A DNA stretch of 64,000 bases from an uncultured Gammaproteobacteria bacterium (GTDB lineage Bacteria > Patescibacteriota > Patescibacteriia > Magasanikbacterales > GWA2-37-8): contig CAZWKA010000002.1 of the NCBI GenBank assembly GCA_964634875.1, forward strand, positions 15,590-79,589. Reading direction: 5' to 3'. Within the stretch, counting starts at the first letter, position 1. Every line of letters begins with the position of its first letter. Made by a program: the position numbers and the translations under genes. The notes beneath the pieces were generated by a model. It was not told the origin of the DNA. It searched no databases and worked only from the letters and a program-made list of their open reading frames with translations. Shown one piece after another: positions 36,518-45,316 of the stretch.

Positions 36518-36590
36518 CGGGCTATAGCGCAGTTGGTAGCGCGCATGCATGGGGTGCATGAGGCCGTGGGTTCAAGTCCCACTAGCCCGA
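36518..36590 (+). tRNA. tRNA-Pro(GGG), CCA not encoded
   Basis: Acceptor CGGGCTA/TAGCCCG, D arm GCGC-AGTTGGTA-GCGC, anticodon stem CATGC/GCATG with loop ATGGGGT, T arm GTGGG-TTCAAGT-CCCAC. Confidence 0.96.
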
Positions 36591-36829
36591 CACATTTACG
36601 GAAAATTACTCCTCAATTATTGAGCTGAAAACACCGCATCGTTGTGGTGTTTTTTAGTCCTTCCTTTCTTCGATCTCAAAAACCGGTTCGAGAGCGTTTA
36701 CCGAGCTGATCCGTTTTGATTTATTTTGCGTAGAGTTAGCTCCAATTTTTGGTTCGAGTCTGACCAGCATACCATATAGGACTCGAACCTATCAGTTCTG
36801 GGGAAAATATGATACCTTAAGTGAATATT

Positions 36830-37324
36830 ATGAAACACGACTTGTTAATAACTCGTAGAGGCCAGGTGTTGGAACAATTCATCGCCGTCGAACACCTGAT
36901 CGCAGGGCTAATCTCCTTTCATTATCTGGGGAGGTTTGACCCATCTTTTACCCTCAATTTTTTAGGCGATCCTTCAATAGGCTTTGCTTTCAAGAAAAAT
37001 ACTGTCTTGCTTATATTTAATGATGAAATCAAACCATTTATTAACGATTTAGATAAGGTTAACAGCATAAGAAACAAGTTTGCCCACCAGCCACTAATGC
37101 GCCTGGATCAGACTTCAGATGATTACTATTTCAGAGACCCTGGTGACAGCCAGCCTGTAAATATTAAGAAGGACCCGGCCGTCCTCTATGATGAGTTTGA
37201 AAAAACACTCCCTAATGTGCTTTCGGCCCTACGAGCCATCGCTGATAAAAGGAAATGGTCCATGATACCAGATAAGAATATTTTTCCTATTAGCGGCTCA
37301 GTTTATCTACCCCCAACAACATGA
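36830..37324 (+). CDS. Hypothetical helical protein with HEPN/MltR-like RxxxxH motif
   Basis: LDKVNSIRNKFAH; lies in the tRNA islet; GTG 36821 is an alternative start. Confidence 0.6.
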   Translation: MKHDLLITRRGQVLEQFIAVEHLIAGLISFHYLGRFDPSFTLNFLGDPSIGFAFKKNTVLLIFNDEIKPFINDLDKVNSIRNKFAHQPLMRLDQTSDDYYFRDPGDSQPVNIKKDPAVLYDEFEKTLPNVLSALRAIADKRKWSMIPDKNIFPISGSVYLPPTT

Positions 37325-37503
37325 TTAAAAAGACAAATCAGCCTCTTAGCGAGGAGGCGATAAAAAACTGGCATAATCTTTTTGGTGCCACTAAGACAAT
37401 CTTAAAAAGGCTTCTCGAGGAAGGCTATACCCTCAATGATGGGATTCTTCTTCCGCCCTGTCCAGGCACTTCATCAGAACAGTCTGACTTAAAGAAACCT
37501 TGA
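37321..37503 (+). CDS. Small hypothetical protein (60 aa)
   Basis: ATGA overlap with the upstream ORF. Confidence 0.55.
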   Translation: MIKKTNQPLSEEAIKNWHNLFGATKTILKRLLEEGYTLNDGILLPPCPGTSSEQSDLKKP

Positions 37504-37789
37504 AATGAGACTCTCTAGTTCGGAAAATACGTAATCTGGTCGACACATATATAAACAACGGAATTCCGTTGTTTTTTGTTTTTAAACCGTCTTATTTAGC
37601 TAATTATTTCTATTGACAAAATTACTGTATGGTGGTATAAGTATTTGTTCTTTGTAAGAAGATTTCCAGCTTTAATTTCAGTATATTTAGCAAAATAGAT
37701 TGAGTTGAAGGCTGAAAATTCAGCACTTCCTCTTTGCCGGGGTGGCAAGGAGCGAGCCCTTTACCAAAAGGGCAGAAAATAGGACAGCA

Positions 37790-38251
37790 ATGAGTACTCT
37801 GCGCGCACTAGCGCACCTCGAAGAGCAACTTGGTCCAGCTCGGTGGCACGAACTGATCGACTCGGCGAACACTGGAAAGGTCAAGGCGCTCTGCGACGAA
37901 TTGCTTATCCCGACAACCATGGTGGTCGGGGGTCGCACCTACGACATCCTCAGCGTTGAAGGCAATATCGGTAGCGGACACGAGCTGGTCTGCCTAGCGC
38001 AGGAGTTGGATGCCCACTTGGGACGCGAGGAGCGCATGCACCTGCTCGATCACCAACAAGAAATCCCGAGTCTCCTTGGAAAAATCAAAATCATTTTCAC
38101 GGATGACACGAGTGCGGATGATGCCCACGGCAGCATCACTTCGATCGAGTGGGATAAAGGGTGTAGGCAGTGGACGTGCTTTTGGTGCAGGCTTGACAGC
38201 ACCATCATCTACCGGGGACGCAACATACGCGTACTGCGCCGTCGCTCGTAA
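37790..38251 (+). CDS. Orphan-family protein A (paralog of 39499-39861)
   Basis: Promoter TTGACA-17-TATAAG at 37613-37641, structured leader, SD-like TAGGA; C-terminal W-x6-W-x2-FW-x2-L...VLRR. Confidence 0.7.
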   Translation: MSTLRALAHLEEQLGPARWHELIDSANTGKVKALCDELLIPTTMVVGGRTYDILSVEGNIGSGHELVCLAQELDAHLGREERMHLLDHQQEIPSLLGKIKIIFTDDTSADDAHGSITSIEWDKGCRQWTCFWCRLDSTIIYRGRNIRVLRRRS

Positions 38252-38550
38252 AAAGCCTTGAACTGAGACCTAAAACTTCTCCACCGACCAGGGCGCGCAG
38301 AACATTTCGCGCCGCTGGTCACTAAAAACAACAGTCTTAAACTTAAAACTGTTGTTTTAATTTTTTTTAAAAAAAAGGCTCTAACATAGTCCACCCAAGC
38401 CGACGGAAATATAAAACAGCATAATCTGCTGTTTTATATATTTTTTACTAAAACCTTGCAATTTTATTAGGTATAGGAGTAGGGTACAAGAAAGCTAGGT
38501 ACCCCATTCAGCTCAAGCTGAAGATGAGCTTTCAACCCAAGGAGGTCGTG

Positions 38551-39240
38551 ATGCGTGACGAAGGTGAACGAATTGGTCAAATCTCTGAGTGGCGCAATGG
38601 AAACGGTTCAGAAAGACAAGAGCCAATCTGCATGCTCGATCTGGCTTTTATCCTACGCCAACTGTCTGCCGCTTCGGGGGTGAGTACGACATATAGGCTG
38701 GCAACGGAAGGGATGCTGCTTGGTTTACAGGAGATGTCTGAACAACACCCTGTCAGCTGCACGTTCCTCGCCGCGCTCTACCGTAACTTGTATGAGGGCG
38801 GCCAAGAAGAGCGCGGTTTTGAAGCTGAACTGCGGGATTACTCTCTCGTCGCCGCGAAAGTTCTGGAACAGCTTTCCAAGAACCTTACCATCACCCCGCC
38901 CAACTCTGAAAATATCGAACACTCAGTGGTAAAGCAGAACATCTTAAGACAGCTTGTCGGGATCAAGCTGATGACCGCTCAACACTTGGAAGTCCTGCTT
39001 CATGACCTGTCCGAGATGAGACCCGAGATCACTGCCCTTCTGCCAAAGAGGGTGGGAAGAAGTGTGTGGGGAAGTGACTGGCAGGAAGGGAAACACCTTA
39101 TTATCCCTGGAGAAGGTGTAGGAGAAGAGGATACCGAAATACTTCCGAGTAGCGCCCTGAGCTTGCTGGTGCGTCTCAGCCTAGGATTGGTTCTTGCAGA
39201 CAAGCTCCAGAAGGCGCTGCAACCGACCCTCACCCACTAG
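38551..39240 (+). CDS. Orphan hypothetical helical protein
   Basis: SD AAGGAGGT before ATG 38551; hairpin CCCGGCGCTA-AC-TAGCGCCGGG at 39272-39293. Confidence 0.7.
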   Translation: MRDEGERIGQISEWRNGNGSERQEPICMLDLAFILRQLSAASGVSTTYRLATEGMLLGLQEMSEQHPVSCTFLAALYRNLYEGGQEERGFEAELRDYSLVAAKVLEQLSKNLTITPPNSENIEHSVVKQNILRQLVGIKLMTAQHLEVLLHDLSEMRPEITALLPKRVGRSVWGSDWQEGKHLIIPGEGVGEEDTEILPSSALSLLVRLSLGLVLADKLQKALQPTLTH

Positions 39241-39498
39241 ACAATATCCTGCTTTCACCTAAACCCAGTAACCCGGCGCTAACTAGCGCCGGGAATTTCA
39301 TTTTTACACTTGACTTTACTCTTCTTCAGTCATAGTATCCCTAGCAACCGAGACTTGCCCCAACAAAATTGCTATCTTACGACTGAATGAATCGTGGCAT
39401 AAAAACCAACCAGACCCGCTGTTTGATTAAGACCGGGATACTACCCGAACTATCAACCCCCGAATCTGGGCCAACTAGCACACCACGCGGAGGTCAGC

Positions 39499-39861
39499 AT
39501 GCTAGACCACAAAGATACCCGGTTCACTTTCAGCCTCCAAAACCGAATCTACGAAGCAGTGGGCTTTCTTAATCCAGGAGAAGCTAATTGTCTTGGAACC
39601 GAGATGCTGCAACGCACTGCCGGCGAAAACGGCGGGGCGATTGGGAAAGAAGACGAGGAGTTCATTATACACTGGATTAACGAGCTACCTGTCGAACTCC
39701 AGCCTTATTGGCTCGTGACCCAACGCCTATACGAAGGCAATATGCAGCGAAATGTTTCTTGTCTTGCGTGGTGCACAGAGACGGGTCGGTGGTACCGCTT
39801 TTGGGACTGGCTTGGATATAGCTGGTTTCCCAGGTGTCTTGTACTCCGACGCATCACCTGA
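39499..39861 (+). CDS. Orphan-family protein B (paralog of 37790-38251)
   Basis: Promoter TTGACT-17-TAGTAT at 39310-39338, SD GGAGGT, aromatic-rich C-terminus ending VLRR. Confidence 0.7.
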   Translation: MLDHKDTRFTFSLQNRIYEAVGFLNPGEANCLGTEMLQRTAGENGGAIGKEDEEFIIHWINELPVELQPYWLVTQRLYEGNMQRNVSCLAWCTETGRWYRFWDWLGYSWFPRCLVLRRIT

Positions 39862-39920
39862 AATCATACCGAACTAAGCTGTAGACTTTTCAAAAAGGAA
39901 AACAGCTTGGTTCACAAAAT

Positions 39921-39951
39921 AAAACACTCTCGATTTTATCGAGGGTGTTTT
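39921..39951. terminator. Bidirectional terminator
   Basis: AAAACACTCTCGAT/ATCGAGGGTGTTTT. Confidence 0.75.
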
Positions 39952-39979
39952 ACATAGATAGAACCGACCACAACACAAA

Positions 39980-41065
39980 CTAAAGCTCAACCAAGGTCTG
40001 ATCACCAATAATCAGTCGATGCGGGCCTTTTTCGGATCTTGGCAGAACCACAGCATCCTTACCAATAATGCTTTCAGTAATCGCCTCGGTTGTTTCGAGC
40101 CGACAATTATTAAATACAATTGAGTTATCAATAGCCGTGTTCTTAACGGTGGTATTGGACCCAATAGTAGTGTACGGACCAATACTACAATTTTCCAAAT
40201 AACAACCTTCACCGATAATCAATGGACCGCGCAAGGAAACATTCTTACCCATGACGGTATTTTTACCAACAGCAACTTTTCCTTCCTGGCGCGTGTCGGC
40301 CAGACACGAACCTTCCAGACGGAAAACGCTGGCAGGAAGCTCGCCAAACAAAAGTTGATTAGCTGCAATAAGGTCGTTGGGCTTGCCGGTATCTTTCCAC
40401 CAGCCGGTAATTTCTCGATAGCCGACTTTATAACCATTCTTTAAAAAATACGAATGAATACTCGAAATCTCATACTCTCCACGAGGCGATTTTTCAATAT
40501 GATCAAAAGCCTTAAAAAAATTACTGGCATACAAATAAATACCCGTCACAGCAAAATCACTTGGAGGGTTTTTTGGTTTTTCAATGATATCAATCAGCTT
40601 ACCACTAGCATCAAACTCGGGCACGCCAAAACGTTCTGGATCGGGGACTTTAGAAAGAGCCAACATGCAGTCCAAACTTTCCCGTTCGAACACCTCAAAC
40701 AACGGCACGAGACTTCCAAGCACAATATTGTCTGACAAGTAGAACATGAAGGGGTCGTTCCCGATAAATTTCTCCGCACATTTCACAACGTGAGCAATAC
40801 CCTGTGGGCCGCCTTCCTGCTCAAAACAGACCACCTTAATCCCCCACCGGCTGCCATCACCGACAGCATCAGGAATTTGGGTTTCACCGGGGTTGGTATT
40901 GATATAAATCTCTTCAATTCCAGCTTCAACTGCTTTTTCAATAGCATGAAAAATCATTGGCTTATTAGCCAGTGGGATAAGGTGCTTATTGATAGTGGTC
41001 GTAATCGGTCTAAGACGCGTTGCTCGTCCCCCACCGGTTAAAATTGCTTTTTTAATTTTAGACAT
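39980..41065 (-). CDS. rmlA: Glucose-1-phosphate thymidylyltransferase, long form
   Basis: GGRATRLRPIT...KHLIP, IEKP, SPRGEYEI, WWKDTG, C-terminal hexapeptide beta-helix. Confidence 0.9.
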   Translation of the reverse strand: MSKIKKAILTGGGRATRLRPITTTINKHLIPLANKPMIFHAIEKAVEAGIEEIYINTNPGETQIPDAVGDGSRWGIKVVCFEQEGGPQGIAHVVKCAEKFIGNDPFMFYLSDNIVLGSLVPLFEVFERESLDCMLALSKVPDPERFGVPEFDASGKLIDIIEKPKNPPSDFAVTGIYLYASNFFKAFDHIEKSPRGEYEISSIHSYFLKNGYKVGYREITGWWKDTGKPNDLIAANQLLFGELPASVFRLEGSCLADTRQEGKVAVGKNTVMGKNVSLRGPLIIGEGCYLENCSIGPYTTIGSNTTVKNTAIDNSIVFNNCRLETTEAITESIIGKDAVVLPRSEKGPHRLIIGDQTLVEL

Positions 41066-41067
41066 AA

Positions 41068-42159
41068 TTACCAAACTAAAATCTTTTTTACTATTTTCCA
41101 ATAAGCAGCCAAGATTGGATTTCCAATCCGCTGCACCAAAATACTCTGGACGGCAGGATCATCAAAAACTACTACTCCAACGGCTCGATCAAGCAACTGA
41201 CGGTCACTCACCTTGCGGACGCGCTGAACGACTTGGCGCTTACCAAACCACAGCTTCCACGAAGTTGGCTTTAACCAATACCAGTATACCCGTAATTTTT
41301 CCTTTAGCCAACCCTTTTTTGCTGCAAAAACCAAGAGCCCTAATTCGAGGATGAACGCAATTGGAAAGAGTAAAAAAAGCGTCGGTAAGCGATAATACAT
41401 CAACAACACCGCCAGACGGTTTCGTTCCATGAGGTACATTTTTTGAAGGTTACGCTCAAAGGAGTACTCATGATAAAAAATAGCATTAGCAATGAGGGCA
41501 ACTTTATAACCGACCGATTTAAGGCGAAGAGAATATTCAAGATCCTCGTGATATAAATACAAATCCTCATCAAGGCCTCCATACGTTTTAATAAGATCGG
41601 AGCGCAGAAGTAGTGCTGCACCACTCGCATAACCAATCTCCTCAGTTTTTTGGGCTTCGGCGACGGGCTTACGGAATTTGTTACAATAACCAAAACCCAA
41701 GAAATGATATTGGTTACCAGCGCTATTTATCAAATGAGTTTCGGGGTACAGCGTGACTAAGGCTTGGGCCGCGCCAACCCGCTCGTCGGCTTCGAGTGCT
41801 GCTACCATTTTTTCCAACATGGTTTCTGCACCAAAGCCATCTTGGTTGTGTAAAAAAATATACGCACAATCAGCTTCAATGGCACGCTCCATACCAATAT
41901 TATTGCCTCTGGCAAAACCCATATTTTTTACCTGAGCCATAATTTCTACGGTCGGAAAATTTTTTCCTGACAAGGGTAGGAGATTTTCTTCGAGGAACTG
42001 CTTGCTGGAACCGAAATCAGGATGGGGGTTATCAACGACGATCAAAAAGAGCTTATCTTTGGGATATGTTGTTATGCGCAACGCCTCAATAACCCGAGCC
42101 AAGTAAGGTTCAGAATGGTACGACAAGTAGACGATGCCGACTTTAGGAAACCGGTCCAT
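41068..42159 (-). CDS. Glycosyltransferase family 2 (rhamnosyltransferase-like)
   Basis: NMGFARGNNIG, SGAALL, YHEDLEYSLR. Confidence 0.88.
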   Translation of the reverse strand: MDRFPKVGIVYLSYHSEPYLARVIEALRITTYPKDKLFLIVVDNPHPDFGSSKQFLEENLLPLSGKNFPTVEIMAQVKNMGFARGNNIGMERAIEADCAYIFLHNQDGFGAETMLEKMVAALEADERVGAAQALVTLYPETHLINSAGNQYHFLGFGYCNKFRKPVAEAQKTEEIGYASGAALLLRSDLIKTYGGLDEDLYLYHEDLEYSLRLKSVGYKVALIANAIFYHEYSFERNLQKMYLMERNRLAVLLMYYRLPTLFLLFPIAFILELGLLVFAAKKGWLKEKLRVYWYWLKPTSWKLWFGKRQVVQRVRKVSDRQLLDRAVGVVVFDDPAVQSILVQRIGNPILAAYWKIVKKILVW

Positions 42160-42988
42160 AGTATTTGTGGGTACCACGCCATTTCCACATATATTTTAGC
42201 CAACTAAGAAGGTGTTGGCGGGCTAAACGATTTTTAAAAAGTGCTTTCCAAACACCGGGAATTCGAGCTGACTCCCGCTCGTGACGGTGTTTAATGACGA
42301 TATCGTGGACAAAATAGACTGGCCACCCCTTTTCCCACATCGAACGACACCAGTCACAATCTTCCATATAAATAAAATAACGGTCATCAAACCAGCCAAC
42401 ATCCATAGCCACTTCGTGGCGAACTACCATGGCGGCGCCTAGCACCCAATCAACGGGCCTGGTTTCATTGCGATCAAAATCAGCCATCAATAAACGGTCG
42501 GTATACTTTTTAACCCAAGCATATTTTTTATCCCAGTTAATCTGTTTAAAAGGCTTAATCAAGATTGAACGCAGGTCAAAACGGAAACAGGCATGCTGGG
42601 TAGCACCATCCATACCAACAAGCTTAGGACCCACACAACCAATCTTCGGATGCTCATCCATAAAAGTGATTAGTCGGTTAATGGTGTTATTATTTTCAGG
42701 AATGATTGTGTCGCGATTAAGCGCAAAGTAATAGCGGGCTGGCATAGCCTTGAAACCAACAGCATTACCTTTGCCAAAACCAATATTATCTTTCAAATTA
42801 AGGTATTTGACGCTTGGGAATTTTTGGTACAAATCTTTACCAATACCATCTTCGTTATTGGAATTATCAACCACCGTAACATGAATATCAAAACTTGACC
42901 CTCTAATGTCCTTCATGACCGAGTCAATAGCGCGCAAGATATCGTCCTTGCAATAGTAGTTGAGAAATACAATATTTAAATCTTTCAT
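42143..42988 (-). CDS. Glycosyltransferase family 2 (WbbL-like)
   Basis: VVDN, NIGFGKGN, VDWVLGAAM, YMEDCDWC. Confidence 0.88.
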   Translation of the reverse strand: MKDLNIVFLNYYCKDDILRAIDSVMKDIRGSSFDIHVTVVDNSNNEDGIGKDLYQKFPSVKYLNLKDNIGFGKGNAVGFKAMPARYYFALNRDTIIPENNNTINRLITFMDEHPKIGCVGPKLVGMDGATQHACFRFDLRSILIKPFKQINWDKKYAWVKKYTDRLLMADFDRNETRPVDWVLGAAMVVRHEVAMDVGWFDDRYFIYMEDCDWCRSMWEKGWPVYFVHDIVIKHRHERESARIPGVWKALFKNRLARQHLLSWLKYMWKWRGTHKYYGPVS

Positions 42989-43392
42989 AATTCACTACGG
43001 AATGCTTCAACTTCATTTTCCATTTCTACTTTTTCGACAGGGATTTCCTCAATTTCTCGTGAATTTCTGACAGCAAAATAACACACCCGCTTGCCCTGAA
43101 TCCGAGCTTGACGCACTTCAGCCAAAACCCCATTGCTGACTGAGCCAAAGACCCAGATTTCATCAGCGTGGCGCACTAAGTTATTGTTCGCTTCCCGAAT
43201 AACATCCCGATCAAGTGTGTCAAGCAAAAAATAATCAAAAGTCATAAATGGATTAAGCGGAACACGACCTTTTTCGAGAACAAACTTTTGAATATGCTGA
43301 CGAAAATAAAATAAATGCTTTGACAAAGCAGTATACACAAGTAGTTTTTCAGCTGTTAAGTCAAGTGCGCGATGTTCAAAGACAGTGTTCAT
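42985..43392 (-). CDS. Nucleoside 2-deoxyribosyltransferase-like fold protein
   Basis: PLNPF, ADEIWVFG..SNGVLAE...A...GK.V; ATGA overlaps on both sides. Confidence 0.65.
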   Translation of the reverse strand: MNTVFEHRALDLTAEKLLVYTALSKHLFYFRQHIQKFVLEKGRVPLNPFMTFDYFLLDTLDRDVIREANNNLVRHADEIWVFGSVSNGVLAEVRQARIQGKRVCYFAVRNSREIEEIPVEKVEMENEVEAFRSEL

Positions 43393-44423
43393 ACAAACCA
43401 TTTCCTTAATTGAGATGCCGAAGCCTTTCTTGACTTTGTAATTGCCTGGCGCGCTTTGGAGAACGTCCGACGGTTACCAAAAAGCTCAAGCCAGGCTTTG
43501 AGAATACCAGGTTTAAACAATAAAAAATAGACGAACTTCTTTGTTTCATACCACAGAACCCACGGAAAATCAAGGATAAGGTTCTGCCAATACTCGTTTT
43601 TATAGAGAGTCGCCAAGTGGTTTTTATAGCTATGGTACGCAACATAGTCTGACTGTGTCCGCTTACCGATCGCGGCGGCAAGATCATCTAATTTAGCAGC
43701 ATGCTTTGCCGTGCGGTCGTGATAGGCCAGAGCCGAGGGAACTACATAGGAGCAGAACCCGCTCGCACGCAAACGGAAAGCCAAATCAACATCTTCTTTG
43801 TACGCAACATAAAGGCTATCAAATACTCTGTTGGCTGGTAATAAAACCGCCTCAACACTACTTCTCCTAAACACAGGTAAGGCGCCAGAAACACCAAACA
43901 CCTCTTCAACTCCCTTGTTACTCCCAACTTGCCAACTTTCCCCTGCCCGACGTTCGATTACCCGACGATTTCTAAGCACTTGTAAGCCGAGTGAATCAAT
44001 AATATTCGTAAAACCATCTTCCAGCTTTCCACTTATTGACCGATTGAAATTCCAACTCATCAAACGCGGCGTAACCCCGGCTGCAGCAGGTCGCTGTCCC
44101 AGGGCTTCAATTAATTTTTTAAAACAATCAGAATCCAAATACATATCCTGATTGAGCAGTGCAACATACTCACTAGTACTTTCGTTAAAAGCTTGGTTGT
44201 GTGCTTTCGCGAAACCAGTGTTCGTACTATTTTTAATGAGACGAGATGATTGTTTTAGGGTTTTGAGCTCTTTTTCCAAAATCATGACAGTATCATCGGT
44301 GGAGGCATTATCAGTTATAATAATATCCCAGTCAGCGTATGTTTGCTGCTTAAGGGACTTAAAAAGAAACGGCAGGTACTTTGCGCCGTTCCAGGTAACT
44401 AATTGTACAGTACATGTTGCCAT
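43389..44423 (-). CDS. Glycosyltransferase family 2
   Basis: DNASTDDT, NTGFAKAHN, LLNQD, YKEDVDLAFR. Confidence 0.88.
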   Translation of the reverse strand: MATCTVQLVTWNGAKYLPFLFKSLKQQTYADWDIIITDNASTDDTVMILEKELKTLKQSSRLIKNSTNTGFAKAHNQAFNESTSEYVALLNQDMYLDSDCFKKLIEALGQRPAAAGVTPRLMSWNFNRSISGKLEDGFTNIIDSLGLQVLRNRRVIERRAGESWQVGSNKGVEEVFGVSGALPVFRRSSVEAVLLPANRVFDSLYVAYKEDVDLAFRLRASGFCSYVVPSALAYHDRTAKHAAKLDDLAAAIGKRTQSDYVAYHSYKNHLATLYKNEYWQNLILDFPWVLWYETKKFVYFLLFKPGILKAWLELFGNRRTFSKARQAITKSRKASASQLRKWFV

Positions 44424-44426
44424 ACT

Positions 44427-45314
44427 TTACCGTTCTATTGCGTCCCGAAATTTAAAAATTTTATTACCCTGCAAGACTGCATATACCCAAACGACAAAAA
44501 CACTAAGCGGGCTCAGGAGCAAAAGTATTTTTGCCTGATAGGGGCTATGCCATTTTTTAAAATACAATACGGCACTTTTTAGAAATTGCTGTTGGCGTTT
44601 GACGTGATCAATTTGTTTAAACGACTGACCCATAAAATCAATGGCTTGTACATAAGGCAGATAGACAACTTGCCACCCTAACCGCTTTGCCTCGCGGCAA
44701 ATGTCGACATCTTCAAACCAAATAAAGAATTGGGGATCAAAAGCAAAGCCTAGCTGCTCAAACAGCACGCGACGCATCATAAGACATGATCCTCGCACAG
44801 CATCAACCTGAACCGGCTCACTTTGCATATTTACCGGGTAACACCAACGACTGGACAGCTTGGGATAAAAAACGGGTAGCTTAAAGATTAGTGCCAAAAG
44901 CTGGCTAAACGTCGGGAAAAAAGTTGGCCTGAGCGACAACCTGTTTTCGCCCCGTTCATTAACCAATCGGCAACCAGCAATTGCTACGCGATTATTGCTG
45001 TCCAAATATTTCTCCATTGCTACCAGACTTTCTGCACTCACTACCATGTCTGGATTAAGAAACAAAAAATACTTCCCGGTAGCCAGGCGTAGTGCCTGGT
45101 TATTAGCGGCAGCAAAGCCAACATTTACATTATTTTTTACTAACGTAACTTCTGGAAATTGAGTAGCAATAATTTTTGCCGTAGCATCGGTTGAATTATT
45201 ATCAATAATAATATGCTGATACTTCCTACCAACAAAGGCTCGCTTTACGGAATCAATTTGCTGAGCTATGTGCTGAGCTGAATTCCAGGTAACGGTAATA
45301 ACCGAGACATCCAT
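44427..45314 (-). CDS. Glycosyltransferase family 2
   Basis: IDNNSTD, NVGFAAANN, FLNPD, WFEDVDIC. Confidence 0.88.
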   Translation of the reverse strand: MDVSVITVTWNSAQHIAQQIDSVKRAFVGRKYQHIIIDNNSTDATAKIIATQFPEVTLVKNNVNVGFAAANNQALRLATGKYFLFLNPDMVVSAESLVAMEKYLDSNNRVAIAGCRLVNERGENRLSLRPTFFPTFSQLLALIFKLPVFYPKLSSRWCYPVNMQSEPVQVDAVRGSCLMMRRVLFEQLGFAFDPQFFIWFEDVDICREAKRLGWQVVYLPYVQAIDFMGQSFKQIDHVKRQQQFLKSAVLYFKKWHSPYQAKILLLLSPLSVFVVWVYAVLQGNKIFKFRDAIER

Positions 45315-45316
45315 AC

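Larger units (their letters stand above)
36588..37548. mobile_element. Degenerate tRNA-associated genomic islet
   Basis: 8-bp direct repeat CGACACAT at 36588-36595 (tRNA 3' end) and 37541-37548, a second terminator just after the distal copy, two cargo ORFs, no integrase. Confidence 0.45.

Noticed and set aside
36751-36795. Second tRNA on the minus strand (ATAGG-TTCGAGT-CCTAT T-arm-like)
   Set aside because: No acceptor, D or anticodon arms can be built; kept only as an inverted repeat within the islet
39340-39498. DGR template repeat, or the 61-aa ORF at 39387
   Set aside because: A/C-rich but not alignable to the 3' end of either paralog; the ORF lacks an SD and overlaps the better-supported 39499 gene
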